Shown here piece after piece: positions 48,215 through 60,275 of a DNA stretch of 64,000 nucleotides (positions within the stretch are counted from its first letter, which is position 1; each line of letters opens with the position of its first letter). Source of the DNA: Chloroflexota bacterium (GTDB lineage Bacteria > Chloroflexota > UBA11872). The stretch lies in NCBI GenBank assembly GCA_022824865.1, contig JAJDZD010000022.1, positions 36,115 to 100,114 of the forward strand, in the 5' to 3' direction. A program made the translations under genes and the position numbers. Under the pieces are notes generated by a model. That model saw nothing but the letters and a program-made list of their open reading frames with translations. It made no database searches and was not told where the DNA came from.

Positions 48215-48340
48215 CTGCCTGCCTGGCGAACCCCCATGGTCTGTCCCGTCCCTCGAATCTATACAAAGGTCTCCGAAGGCGGGAATCTTGCGGCCGGTGA
48301 ACCTGTGAGCCCGCGAGCGGGGGCGGTTCGCGAACCGCCC

Positions 48341-48706
48341 CTACATCGGGATGTTCTTCACCAGGCCGATCACCTGGCCCTCGGGGTCGGCGAAGATCCC
48401 GATGACCACCTCCTCCATCACTTCCATCTCCGGCATGATCACGCTGCCGCCCATGCTCGCGGCCTTCTCCAGGTACTCGGTCACGTCGTCCACGCCCACG
48501 TAGAACGTGACCCTGGTCGGTGGCTCGACATCCCCCATGCCCATGATGCCGCCACCGATGCCCGGACCCTCGCTGGGCGCGCTGACCACCCCGTAGCCCA
48601 TGGGATTGGCGACGTTGATCTCCCAATCGAAGAGATCGCCGTAGAACTTCTGCATCGCCGGCCCGTCCTTGGCGTTGATTTCCCAATGCACCACGCTATT
48701 CGCCAT
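48341..48706 (-). CDS. VOC-family protein (glyoxalase-like)
   Basis: The internal start MANSVVHWEINAKD is preceded by AGGAG. The protein is 121 aa. The upstream part of the ORF is poor. Confidence 0.7.
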   Translation of the reverse strand: MANSVVHWEINAKDGPAMQKFYGDLFDWEINVANPMGYGVVSAPSEGPGIGGGIMGMGDVEPPTRVTFYVGVDDVTEYLEKAASMGGSVIMPEMEVMEEVVIGIFADPEGQVIGLVKNIPM

Positions 48707-49128
48707 TTGAATGCTCCTATTCCGCGAGCTCACGGTCCGGTCCGATGCGGCCCGTGTGGCCGGCTTGCGCATGTGCGCCGTTCCGCGCGGAAACGCCCAT
48801 CCTATAGGGCCAACGCGCGTCAAGTGGTCGACACGGCAGGCACGATGCAGACCCTAAATCAGTTGGCTGACCCGTTCAGTAGGTAAACCCACGGAGTCGG
48901 TATGAGACGACCTTTGTGTCGTCGTTCATCGTGCCTGCTCCGTTGGTCGTTACGGCGTCCCTGGAGCGGCCCGGCTTCCCTCTCCTGTGGAAGAGGCCTT
49001 TGCGTAACCCAAGCTTGGTTGCCCGGAAGACCCCTCACCCCAACCCTCTCCCCCAGGAGAGGGATTAAGAGCGGACGCGCTTTCGAGATCGAGAGGCGCT
49101 TTGCAAAGGTCTCGTGGAAGGGATACGG

Positions 49129-49383
49129 CTAGGGTCTGCCCCGGACTCGATCCGGGGGGTGAGGGCAGTCGTGCATGGCCCGGTACACGTCTTCGCCGGT
49201 GATGGGCTCGGCATCGGGCGGCACGGCGAACATGCTGCCGTCTCCGCCGTCAGCGGCGGCCGCCGCGTTTCTGAACCCGCGCCGCGCCAACTCCGACAAG
49301 GCGCTGCCCAGGCTGATGCCACTCCGCTCAGCCAGCGCCCGCGCCACCGCCAAGACGTCGTCGATGGTTACTGTCGTTCGCAT
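49129..49383 (-). CDS. ribbon-helix-helix VapB-like antitoxin family protein
   Basis: MRTTVTIDDVLAVARALAERSGISLGSALSELARRG resembles the Rv0626-type VapB N-terminus. No PIN-domain partner lies downstream. Confidence 0.5.
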   Translation of the reverse strand: MRTTVTIDDVLAVARALAERSGISLGSALSELARRGFRNAAAAADGGDGSMFAVPPDAEPITGEDVYRAMHDCPHPPDRVRGRP

Positions 49384-49476
49384 ATCAACACCATTGCACC
49401 GCAGCATGGATTGTCCCTCCCGTCGGCGGGAGATAGATGCCGTGGACGCGGCGGCTCTCCGGTAGTTGAGTCACGT

Positions 49477-49923
49477 TTAGTTTCGGGGTGCTGATGGCCT
49501 TGGCCCACGCGATGGCAGATTGCGTGCTCCCTTGCTGAGATTGCAGCGGTCATGCGTCAGTTGCAGGTTGGAGACACGATCTGATCCGCCGTGGCTCCAC
49601 GGCTTGATGTGATCGATGTGGACGCCACGCGGATGCAACGGCAAGGGGCGGCCACATATCCCGCAGCGCCCACCATCTCGCCTGAGAAGCGTCAGGATAT
49701 GCCGGCGAATGAACCGGTCACGTCGCCGTGGTTTGGTAAGGATCCGACGATCCGGCGCAATTTGGGAAGGCTTCGGCTGTTCTGGCGCTCTCGGCCTGGA
49801 GGTTTTCTTCGGGGCGACTGTTTTCAAAGCCATCCAGAGAAACGCCCACAGTCCGGCAGAGGCCGCTCCCGCCTCGAAGCCTTCAGCCGCTGTTCCAGAC
49901 TGCGTCATGACCACGTATGTCAC
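49477..49923 (-). CDS. HNH endonuclease
   Basis: CGICGRPL...HIDHIKPWSHGGSDRVSNLQLTHDRCNLSKG is a complete HNH motif. The exact start is uncertain. Confidence 0.6.
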   Translation of the reverse strand: MTYVVMTQSGTAAEGFEAGAASAGLWAFLWMALKTVAPKKTSRPRAPEQPKPSQIAPDRRILTKPRRRDRFIRRHILTLLRRDGGRCGICGRPLPLHPRGVHIDHIKPWSHGGSDRVSNLQLTHDRCNLSKGARNLPSRGPRPSAPRN

Positions 49924-50316
49924 GTACGCAGCAGCGACAGCGACAATGGAGCACGGACACGCCTCGACCAGAGAGCAGGTCCGAATCCTGGGTCACCGAG
50001 TGATCAGATCCGTCCCACTTCGACTTCAAGGTTGCCGTTGACACGCCGAAGGCCGGTTCGCCATAGTTCGGGCACCGTGGGCGGCGGACACGCCGTTCGA
50101 GGCCTATCCTGGAAAGGACGGACCTTTCTGCACGGAGGATCGAGCATGGCCAGGGAAAGGGATACTGGTCAGAAGGACTTCAGCCATCTCGCACGGTCGC
50201 TGGTCGGCCATATGACGGACGACGAAGGCGCGGTGACCAAGGCGCTAACGGCTGCCGACCGAGCCGCCATCGCCCGTCGGGGCGAGCAGGCTCGGTGGGC
50301 CTAGCCGCCGGCATAC

Positions 50317-50505
50317 GTGCCAGTTCGAGTCCGTGAGGCGATTCGTCGCGTGGAACGCAAGGGTTGGAAGCACGACCGGACGAACGGAAGTCACCGGCAA
50401 TTCGTGCACCCCGTGCAACCTGGCACCGTGACGATTTCCGGAAAACTGTCTGACGAACTCCATCCGAAGACATGGGCCAGCATCAAGCGTCAGGCTGGCC
50501 TCTAA
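50317..50505 (+). CDS. hicA: HicA-family toxin (mRNA interferase)
   Basis: 62 aa, with GWKHDRTNGSHRQFVHP...GTVTI typical of the HicA/YcfA fold. Confidence 0.8.
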   Translation: MPVRVREAIRRVERKGWKHDRTNGSHRQFVHPVQPGTVTISGKLSDELHPKTWASIKRQAGL

Positions 50506-50515
50506 GGGAACCGAC

Positions 50516-50767
50516 ATGCGCTACCGAATTGAAATTGAACGGGGGTCGCGGAATTTTTCGGCGTACTCCCCTGACGTCGATGGCTGCGTTGCCACCGGGG
50601 CGTCGGAGGATGAGTGCCGTCTCAACATGGCCGAAGCCCTGGCATTCCACTTCGACGGGATGCTGCGACAGGGTCTTCCGCTTCCGCAGCCGCGCCCTTC
50701 GACCGATGTGGCTGGTGATTTGGTTGAAGTCTCATTGCACGCGGTCCCGGTGCCAATCACGGCGTAA
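50516..50767 (+). CDS. hicB: HicB-family antitoxin
   Basis: RYRIEIER...NFSAYSPDVDGCVATGASEDECRLNMAEALAFHFD is typical of HicB (UPF0150). It lies 10 nt after hicA. Confidence 0.8.
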   Translation: MRYRIEIERGSRNFSAYSPDVDGCVATGASEDECRLNMAEALAFHFDGMLRQGLPLPQPRPSTDVAGDLVEVSLHAVPVPITA

Positions 50768-50778
50768 GTGAATCAGGT

Positions 50779-50802
50779 CAGGCTGCGCGCAGCCTGGGCC
50801 AC
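50779..50802. repeat. 24-nt conserved hairpin repeat, copy 2 (caggctgcgcgcagcctgggccac)
   Basis: Direct repeat of 48191-48214. It begins 12 nt after the hicB stop. Confidence 0.55.
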
Positions 50803-51237
50803 ATGGCGCTTGCTAGTTGTCGCGACGCCCAGACGCAAACTGGCTCAACGCTGACCTACCATTCACTCGAGTCATGTCTGCTAGCAAGCCATACGCCTCG
50901 ACTGACGGACTTGCCAGCTCTGAGGGAGCTGACTGACATGCGTCCAGACTCCGATTCGAGGGCGATGCTGACAGCGTGGCGGCGAGAGAACCGCAAGGCG
51001 TGCCTCACCATCTTGGCTCTAGCGGCTGCGCTTCCGGTCTTCGCCTTCATCATCTTCGTCGTCGGCGCAATCGTCAGTGCCTGCGGAGCATGAGGCCAAA
51101 AGGTGTCCGTGGTTGATCGTTCTAGCGCCACCACGAGACGCTTCAGTTAGCGTCTATCAGACTCTCTCGCCCGCCTGTGTCCGCTCGTGGAGTCTCGATA
51201 GCCTCGCCGCGATTAGAATGCTGCGGAAATACCTTGA

Positions 51238-53406
<2,169 letters not shown>

Positions 53407-53467
53407 TCGCCAGGTAGACGCTTTCTGGGGGTCTGGCCTCGCCAGACCCCCGGCGCGCCACACTCCC

Positions 53468-54334
53468 ATGCCCTCGTTACCACCCGACTGGCTCAACGCG
53501 CACGGCGACGCCACGCCGGTCATCGACCCTGAATCGCACGTCCGCGAGTACGCCGAGCGCCGCGGCCGCGATCCCAACGAAAACTGCCCGCCGCTCGTCA
53601 TCGGCGGGTTCATCAACCTCATGGTCGATCCCCTGGCCAAGGCCGTGGGCGCCACCGAGTCCGACGTGCGTCTTGGCCTGCAAGGCCCCAAGACCATCGA
53701 TCGTTCGCAAGGCGCCGCCGCGGAAGCCGATTCCCTGCGCCCCGGCTTGCGCATCGGGGAACTGGACGGCCATCCGATCGGCGTCGCTCGCATTCCCGTC
53801 GGCGGCGCGCGTTCCGTCATGACCCTGGAAGAGCTGATGGCGCTCGGAGCCCGCACCTTCCTGATCGCCGGCGCCACCGGCGCCCTGAAGCCGGGGATCG
53901 GCGTGGGCGACTACGTCATCGCTACAAGCGGCCTGCGCGAAGAAGGCGCCTCCTATCACTACCAGCCGCCGGACCACCCGGCCCGCGCCGACGGGCCAGC
54001 TGCTCGCGCTCTAGTCGACGCAGCCGGGTCCAGTGAGCATGGGTCCCACGCCGGCCGCGTCTGGAGCACCGACGCCCCCTACCGCGAGTTCACCGGCAAG
54101 GTCCAGCGCTACGCCCGGGACGGCGTCCTCAGCGTCGACATGGAAGCCTCCGCGCTGATGATCGTCACCGAGTTTCGCGGCGCCGACCTGGGCCTGATCC
54201 TCACCGTCAGCGACCTCGTCTACCGCCGCGACTGGCCCAACATCTTCGGCACCGACGAATACCGGGCTAACTGCGCCGACATGGCCAACGTCATCGTTCG
54301 CGCCGCCCGCGCCCTGCTTGCCGGGACCGGCTAA
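53468..54334 (+). CDS. nucleoside phosphorylase family (PNP_UDP_1-like) protein, tandem copy 1
   Basis: LIAGATGAL...GDYVIATSGLREEG...VDMEASAL resembles the MTA/SAH-nucleosidase / PNP fold. Confidence 0.55.
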   Translation: MPSLPPDWLNAHGDATPVIDPESHVREYAERRGRDPNENCPPLVIGGFINLMVDPLAKAVGATESDVRLGLQGPKTIDRSQGAAAEADSLRPGLRIGELDGHPIGVARIPVGGARSVMTLEELMALGARTFLIAGATGALKPGIGVGDYVIATSGLREEGASYHYQPPDHPARADGPAARALVDAAGSSEHGSHAGRVWSTDAPYREFTGKVQRYARDGVLSVDMEASALMIVTEFRGADLGLILTVSDLVYRRDWPNIFGTDEYRANCADMANVIVRAARALLAGTG

Positions 54335-55157
54335 CCCGGGTCACCTGATGACTGGGCCATCATCGGACTGGCTGCACCACTACGGCGACGCGACGCCGGT
54401 AATCGACCCGGAGTCGCACATGCGCGAACTCGCCGGTCGCGGCGGAGGCGACGCCCAGGCCCAATGCCCCGCGCTGGTGATGGCCGGCTTCATTGATCCG
54501 ATGGTCGCCCCGATTGCGGATGCCACCGGGGCCGTCGAATCCGACCTGAAACCGAACCTGCGCGTCGGCAACCTGGACGGTCACCGGGTTGGCGTGGCGG
54601 ACGTACCCGTCGGCGCCGCCCACGCCACGACGCTGTTGGAAGAGCTAATCGGCCTCGGCGCCCGAACCTTCCTGATCGCCGGCGCCACCGGTGCTTTGCG
54701 GCCGGGAATAGAGGTCGGTGACTACGTCATCGCCACCAGCGGCCTGCGCGAAGAGGGCACGTCGTATCACTACCAACCGCCGGACCACCCGGCCCGCGCC
54801 AACGGCCCGGCTTCACGCGCGCTGATCGAAGCCGCCAGGAACAGCGACCACGCCTCCCACCCCGGCCGCGTCTGGAGCACCGACGCCCCCTATCGCGAGT
54901 CCGCCGGCAAAGTCCGCCACTACGGCGAACGAGGCGTCCTCAGCGTCGACATGGAGGCCTCCGCCCTGATGATCGTCACCGAGTTCCGCGGCGCCGACCT
55001 GGGCCTGATTCTCAGCGTCAGCGACCTCGTCTACCGCCGCGACTGGCCCAACATCTTCGGGACCGACGAATACCGGGCAAACTGTGCGGACATGGCGGGC
55101 ATCGTGCTACGCGCCGCTCGCGCGCTGCTTGCCGGGAAGGACATGACCGATGGCTGA
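54318..55157 (+). CDS. nucleoside phosphorylase family (PNP_UDP_1-like) protein, tandem copy 2
   Basis: About 75% identical to the upstream copy over about 270 aa. The start may be at 54348. Confidence 0.55.
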   Translation: MPGPANPGHLMTGPSSDWLHHYGDATPVIDPESHMRELAGRGGGDAQAQCPALVMAGFIDPMVAPIADATGAVESDLKPNLRVGNLDGHRVGVADVPVGAAHATTLLEELIGLGARTFLIAGATGALRPGIEVGDYVIATSGLREEGTSYHYQPPDHPARANGPASRALIEAARNSDHASHPGRVWSTDAPYRESAGKVRHYGERGVLSVDMEASALMIVTEFRGADLGLILSVSDLVYRRDWPNIFGTDEYRANCADMAGIVLRAARALLAGKDMTDG

Positions 55158-56049
55158 CGCGCCCCGCATCAACCGCTGCATCGAGCTCTACGAGTCCGGC
55201 GAGCCGCTCTACTACACCGGCATGTCGGAGCGCCTGACCTACGAGAGCGGCCGTGAGATGGTCGGAACGTTTGCCGACTTCATCCTCGTCGAGTTCGAGC
55301 ACCACGGCCTGGACACCCGCGGTCTTGTTGACTTCATGCGCGGCCTGCGCGACGCCGGTCCGACTCCCACCGGACACCTCACGCCCACCGTCCTCTGCAC
55401 GCTGCCCGTCAACGGCCTCTCCGAAGACGTCGTGCGAGCCAACGACTGGCAGATTCGCCACATCCTGGCGGCCGGCGTGCATGGCCTGGTGCTTTGCCAC
55501 GCTCGAACGCCGGAAGCGGTGCGGGCCTTTGTGGAAGCCGTGCGGTATCCACACGCCCGGCTCGGCGTCGGCGAGGGCCTGGGCGAAGGCACCCGCGGCA
55601 TGGGCGGCCAGGGCATCGCCGCCGAAATCTGGGGCCTGGATTCCATGGACTACATCCGCAGGGCCGACCCCTGGCCGCTCAACCCGGAAGGCGAGTTGAT
55701 CCTCGGCCTCAAGATCGAAGACCGCCACGGCATGAACCGCGCCTTCGAGATCGCCGCCGTTCCCGGTCTCTTCTTCAGCGAGTGGGGCCCCGGCGACATG
55801 GGCGTCTCCCACGGCAACCCCGACTGGCACGACCCGCCCTACGGGCCAGAGATGGATCACGCCCGCAACACCATCCAGGCCGCCTGCGAAGCCGAGGGGC
55901 TGGCCTTCCTCTGCAGCTGGGCCGACCCGAACATGGACGACGACGCGCGAATCCGTCACCTGTTGCACAACGTTGGCGCGCGCATCGTCAGCGGCGGCGA
56001 GGAAATGGCCCGCATCGGCCGGCAAGTCACCGGCCGGCCCACGCCCTGA
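55150..56049 (+). CDS. HpcH/HpaI-family class II aldolase
   Basis: The ATG overlaps the upstream stop (ATGA). FILVEFEHHG...LGLKIED is typical of HpcH/HpaI 2-keto-3-deoxy-acid aldolases. Confidence 0.7.
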   Translation: MADAPRINRCIELYESGEPLYYTGMSERLTYESGREMVGTFADFILVEFEHHGLDTRGLVDFMRGLRDAGPTPTGHLTPTVLCTLPVNGLSEDVVRANDWQIRHILAAGVHGLVLCHARTPEAVRAFVEAVRYPHARLGVGEGLGEGTRGMGGQGIAAEIWGLDSMDYIRRADPWPLNPEGELILGLKIEDRHGMNRAFEIAAVPGLFFSEWGPGDMGVSHGNPDWHDPPYGPEMDHARNTIQAACEAEGLAFLCSWADPNMDDDARIRHLLHNVGARIVSGGEEMARIGRQVTGRPTP

Positions 56050-56115
56050 CCTTCGCGCGGCTTCCTGCCGAGAGTGGCAAGCTGGCGCCCTGACCACCAC
56101 AACGAGGCACACGCC

Positions 56116-57009
56116 ATGAAAGTCGGATTCATTGGGCTGGGGGCCATGGGCCTGCCGATGGCCCGCAACCTGCGGTCGGCCGGATTTGACGTCGTCGTTC
56201 ACAACCGCAGCCGCGGCAAGGTCGACGACTTTGTGGCCGCCGGCGGCGAGGCCGCCAGCACCCCGGCCGACCTGGCCAGCCGCGTGGACGTGGTCTGCGC
56301 CTGCCTGCCCATCCCGCCCGTCTGCGACGAGGTCTTCCTCGGCGACGACGGCGTCATCGAAGGCGCCAGCGAAGGCCAGCTCTGGATCGACTTCAGCACC
56401 AACGGCCCCGACACCTCCCAGCGCATCAGCGACGCCGCGGCATCGAAAGGCTGCGGCTACCTGGACGCCCCCATCAGCGGCGGCGTCTGGGGCGCGGAGG
56501 CCGGCACGCTGGCCATCATGGTGGGCGGCGAGGCGGCCGACTTCGAGCGGGGCGGACCCGTGTTCGACGCCGTGGGCGAGAACATTCGCCACTTTGGCGC
56601 GTCAGGCAGCGGCAGCGTGGTGAAGCTCTGCAACAACCTGATCGGCGCCGCCACCAACGCCGTGATCTCCGAGGCCTACGTGGCCGCCGTCAAGTACGGC
56701 ATTGACCCTGCCGCCATGTACGAGACGCTGCAAAGCGCCACCGCCGCCAGCCCCGGGCATGAGCGCATGGTCAAGGACAGCGTGCTGGCGCGGGACTTCG
56801 ACGCCAAGTTCGCGCTGGACCTGCACGCCAAGGACCAGCAACTCGCCGCCGACCTTGGCAAGCTGACAGGGGTGCGCCTGGCGGTCACCAGCACCGTCAA
56901 CGAGCTCTACAAGGAAGCCCAGGCCCGCGGCTACGGCGGGCAAAACACCTCCGCCATCATCCGACCGCTGGAAGACCTGCACGGCGTTACGGTGGAGCCG
57001 GCGTCGTAG
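56116..57009 (+). CDS. NAD(P)-dependent 3-hydroxyisobutyrate dehydrogenase / tartronate semialdehyde reductase family (paralog of 30593-31492)
   Basis: VGFIGLGAMGLPMA. Shares the blocks HNRSRGKVDDFVA.GG and GQLWIDF.TNGPDT with the first copy. Confidence 0.85.
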   Translation: MKVGFIGLGAMGLPMARNLRSAGFDVVVHNRSRGKVDDFVAAGGEAASTPADLASRVDVVCACLPIPPVCDEVFLGDDGVIEGASEGQLWIDFSTNGPDTSQRISDAAASKGCGYLDAPISGGVWGAEAGTLAIMVGGEAADFERGGPVFDAVGENIRHFGASGSGSVVKLCNNLIGAATNAVISEAYVAAVKYGIDPAAMYETLQSATAASPGHERMVKDSVLARDFDAKFALDLHAKDQQLAADLGKLTGVRLAVTSTVNELYKEAQARGYGGQNTSAIIRPLEDLHGVTVEPAS

Positions 57010-57089
57010 CTAGCTAGCCGTTTCCCACATCGCGCCCAGGCCCCAGAGCCTCGGGGCGCCCACGCTTCATGCCCTAAGGAGACCCGCCG

Positions 57090-57665
57090 GTGGCCGACGC
57101 GATCAACGTTCTCGGAATCTCAGGCAGCCTGCGCGCAGGCTCGTTCAACAGCGGGCTGCTGCGCGCCGCCGCCTCGGTGCTTCCGCCGAACATGGAGATG
57201 ACGACCATTCCCCTGCACCATATCCCGCTCTTCAACGCGGATGTCGAAGCCCAGGGCAACCCTGAGCCGGTCACTGCCCTGCAACAGGCCATCGGGGAAG
57301 CCGACGGCTTGCTGTTCGCCGTGCCCGAGTACAACTACTCCATCACCGGCGTGCTCAAGAACGCGTTCGACTGGGCCTCCCGCGGCCGGCCCTCAACCCT
57401 GGACGGCAAGCCGGCCGCCGTCATGGGCGTCGGCGGACGTTCCGGCACCGTGCGCGCCCAGATGCACATGCGCCAGATCGCCCTGCACAACAGCATGCGC
57501 GTGATGATCGACCCCGAACTGCTCCTGGTCCGGTCGCGCCGGCGACAAGACCCCGACGGCAACGTCATTGACGATGACTTGCTGGAACGCCTGCGCGAGT
57601 TCATGGCGGCCTTTGACGAATGGATCCGCCACTGCCGCGTGGATCCGACGCTCCGCTACGCCTGA
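57090..57665 (+). CDS. NAD(P)H-dependent FMN reductase
   Basis: ISGSLRAGSFN...AVPEYNYSITGVLKNAFDW is typical of the SsuE / ArsH / ChrR-like flavin reductase family. Confidence 0.8.
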   Translation: MADAINVLGISGSLRAGSFNSGLLRAAASVLPPNMEMTTIPLHHIPLFNADVEAQGNPEPVTALQQAIGEADGLLFAVPEYNYSITGVLKNAFDWASRGRPSTLDGKPAAVMGVGGRSGTVRAQMHMRQIALHNSMRVMIDPELLLVRSRRRQDPDGNVIDDDLLERLREFMAAFDEWIRHCRVDPTLRYA

Positions 57666-58234
57666 GCGTGAGCGCCTTGGGTTCCAAGAAGTCGGATGAC
57701 GCGTCGAAGCGCCACGACCCGCCAGAGCCGCCCCCATTCCGGTTAGTGACGGTGCGCGGCGTTCGACCGCGTCCCGGCGTCGATCTCGACCGGCCGCGGG
57801 AGCTCGATGTCCAGGACGACGAGGCGCAGTTCAGCCGCTTTCCTGGCCTCCGCTGGCAGCATCCACTCGGCCCGGACGAGGTCTAACGCCAATCCGAAGT
57901 CGGAAATGACCGAGCCAAGTTTGGGAACGTTGCCGTCCGCATGCCCTCGCGGCCCCGCCAGCGGCGCCCGCACATCGACCGGGTTGCGTATCCTTGCCGA
58001 CGGAACGCGTTCCGGAGTTTCTGCGCATCCTGCCCACCGGCCCATCTACCCATACGCTTCCAGGGTCCGGGCTCACGCGCCGCTCACCGTCCCACGGCAT
58101 CGGCCGACGGCTCGCGCCTCTGACGACCGCCGGTTTCATCTCGCCGCGAACGCCGTCGTAGCCACTGACATGTCCGCCGCATCGTTCGATTCAACGCTGA
58201 CGCGCCGAGTCAGCGCTCAGCCTGGAGTTAACGG

Positions 58235-59677
58235 ATGAATCAAGCAACCCCCATCACCGTCGCCCACGGCGACGGGATCGGCCCCGAGATCATGCCCATC
58301 GTCCTGGAGATCCTGGACAAGGCGGGCGCGCAGCTTGACATCGAGACCATCGACATCGGTGAGCAGGTCTACCTGCGCGGCAACCCGGCCGGCATCGACG
58401 ACGCGGCCTGGGAATCGATCTATCGCACCCGTGTATTCCTGAAAGCCCCCATCACCACCCCACAGGGCCGCGGCTACCAGAGCCTCAACGTCGCCACCCG
58501 CATCGCGCTGGGGCTTTACGCCAACGTGCGGCCCGCCGCCACGTTCCATCCCTACGTTGAGACCAAGCACCATCCGGACATGGACGTGGTGTTGGTTCGC
58601 GAGAACGAGGAAGACCTTTACGCCGGCATCGAACACCGGCAGACGGCCGACGTCATGCAGTCGCTCAAGCTGATTACCCGTCCGGGCTGCGAGCGCGTCA
58701 TTCGTTTCGCCTTCGAATACGCCCGGCACCACGACCGGCACAAGGTCACCGCCTTCGCCAAGGACAACATCATGAAGCTGTCGGACGGCCTCTTTCACGA
58801 GGTCTTCGACGAAGTGGCGGCGGACTATCCCGATCTGGAAAACGAGTACTGGATCGTCGACATCGGCGCCGCCAAGCTGGCCGACACGCCGGAGATGTTC
58901 GACGTGGTGGTGCTTCCCAACCTCTACGGCGACATCCTGTCCGACGTGGCCGCGCAGATCGCCGGGTCCGTGGGCCTGGGCGGCGCCGCCAATATCGGCG
59001 ACAGCGCCGCCATGTTCGAGGCCGTGCACGGCTCCGCCCCGCGCCGCGCCGGCCAGAACCTGGCCAATCCGTCCGGCGTGCTCACTGCCGCCGTCCTCAT
59101 GCTGGATCACATCGGCCAGCCCGAGGTGGCCGCGCTCGTTCACAACGCCTGGTTACGGACCCTGGAAGACGGGGTCCACACCTACGACATCCACAGCGAG
59201 GCCCACAGCACGGCCAAGGTCGGCACCCGCGAGTTCGGCCAGGCCGTGGCCGACCGCCTGGGCGAAATGCCCAGAACCCTGCGTCCGGCTTCCTTTGGCG
59301 TGGGTGGCCCCATGCCGGTTATCGAAGCAAGCGCGCGCGAGAGCGTCCCCGCCAAGCAGACCGTTGGCGTGGATGTGTTCTTGGACTGGAACCAGGGCAC
59401 GGCAGCCGAATTGGCAACGCGTTTGCAGGCAACCGCAGGCAATGGCCTGACGCTGAAGATGATCAGCAACCGCGGCGCGATCGTCTGGCCGCAAACCATG
59501 GCGGGCGGCCTGCTGGTGGACCACTGGCGCGCCCGCTTCGTGGCCGACAACGGCGCGGCTGTTGACCACGCCGAGATCGTCGCCCTGCTCGGTCGCATCG
59601 GCGACGCCGGCCTCGACTTCATCAAGACCGAAAACCTCTGCACGTTTGACGGCAGGCCCGCCTACTCGCAGGCCTAG
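58235..59677 (+). CDS. isocitrate/isopropylmalate dehydrogenase family protein (probable isocitrate dehydrogenase) with a C-terminal extension
   Basis: NLYGDILSD and GSAPRRAGQN..ANP motifs. The C-terminal ~120 aa form an extra domain. Confidence 0.75.
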   Translation: MNQATPITVAHGDGIGPEIMPIVLEILDKAGAQLDIETIDIGEQVYLRGNPAGIDDAAWESIYRTRVFLKAPITTPQGRGYQSLNVATRIALGLYANVRPAATFHPYVETKHHPDMDVVLVRENEEDLYAGIEHRQTADVMQSLKLITRPGCERVIRFAFEYARHHDRHKVTAFAKDNIMKLSDGLFHEVFDEVAADYPDLENEYWIVDIGAAKLADTPEMFDVVVLPNLYGDILSDVAAQIAGSVGLGGAANIGDSAAMFEAVHGSAPRRAGQNLANPSGVLTAAVLMLDHIGQPEVAALVHNAWLRTLEDGVHTYDIHSEAHSTAKVGTREFGQAVADRLGEMPRTLRPASFGVGGPMPVIEASARESVPAKQTVGVDVFLDWNQGTAAELATRLQATAGNGLTLKMISNRGAIVWPQTMAGGLLVDHWRARFVADNGAAVDHAEIVALLGRIGDAGLDFIKTENLCTFDGRPAYSQA

Positions 59678-59692
59678 AGGAGTAAGACGGCC

Positions 59693-60190
59693 ATGACGGA
59701 TTCCAACGACACCCCGCGCGTCGGCATTGTGATGGGCAGCACGACCGACTGGGACGTGATGCAGCGCACCACGGCCACCCTGCGCGACTTCGGCGTGCCC
59801 TACGAGGTTCGCGTGCTTTCAGCGCACCGCACCCCCGACGAGACCGCCGAGTGGGCCCGCACCGCCGAGGAACGCGGGATGCGCGTCCTCATCGCCGCCG
59901 CGGGCGGCGCGGCGCACCTGGCCGGGGTGGTGGCCGCGCACACGGTTCTGCCGGTGCTTGGCGTCCCCATGCAGGCCTGGTCGCTGGACGGCCTGGACTC
60001 GCTGCTGGCCATGGCCCAGATGCCCCGCGGCATCCCGGTCGCCACCCTCGCCATCGGCAGCGCCGGCGCTGTCAACGCCGCCCTGCTGGCCGTCGAAATC
60101 CTGGCTCTGGGCGACGCCGACCTCCGCCAGAAGCTGCTCGACTTCCGCGCCCAACAGGCCGAAGAGATCCTGGGGTCTTCGCTGGAGTAA
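59693..60190 (+). CDS. purE: N5-carboxyaminoimidazole ribonucleotide mutase
   Basis: [14 protein letters not shown]...SAHRTP...AAGGAAHL is the classic PurE sequence. Confidence 0.9.
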   Translation: MTDSNDTPRVGIVMGSTTDWDVMQRTTATLRDFGVPYEVRVLSAHRTPDETAEWARTAEERGMRVLIAAAGGAAHLAGVVAAHTVLPVLGVPMQAWSLDGLDSLLAMAQMPRGIPVATLAIGSAGAVNAALLAVEILALGDADLRQKLLDFRAQQAEEILGSSLE

Positions 60191-60275
60191 TTCGGGCGTT
60201 CGCGCTGCCCGCCAATTCGACACCGCGGCGGCCGCTCAACATACTCAAGCGCCCGGCCGCCCTCGGCAGTTCACT

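Noticed and set aside
55018-56592. 524-aa ORF on the minus strand
   Set aside because: Antisense to the HpcH aldolase and HIBADH genes.
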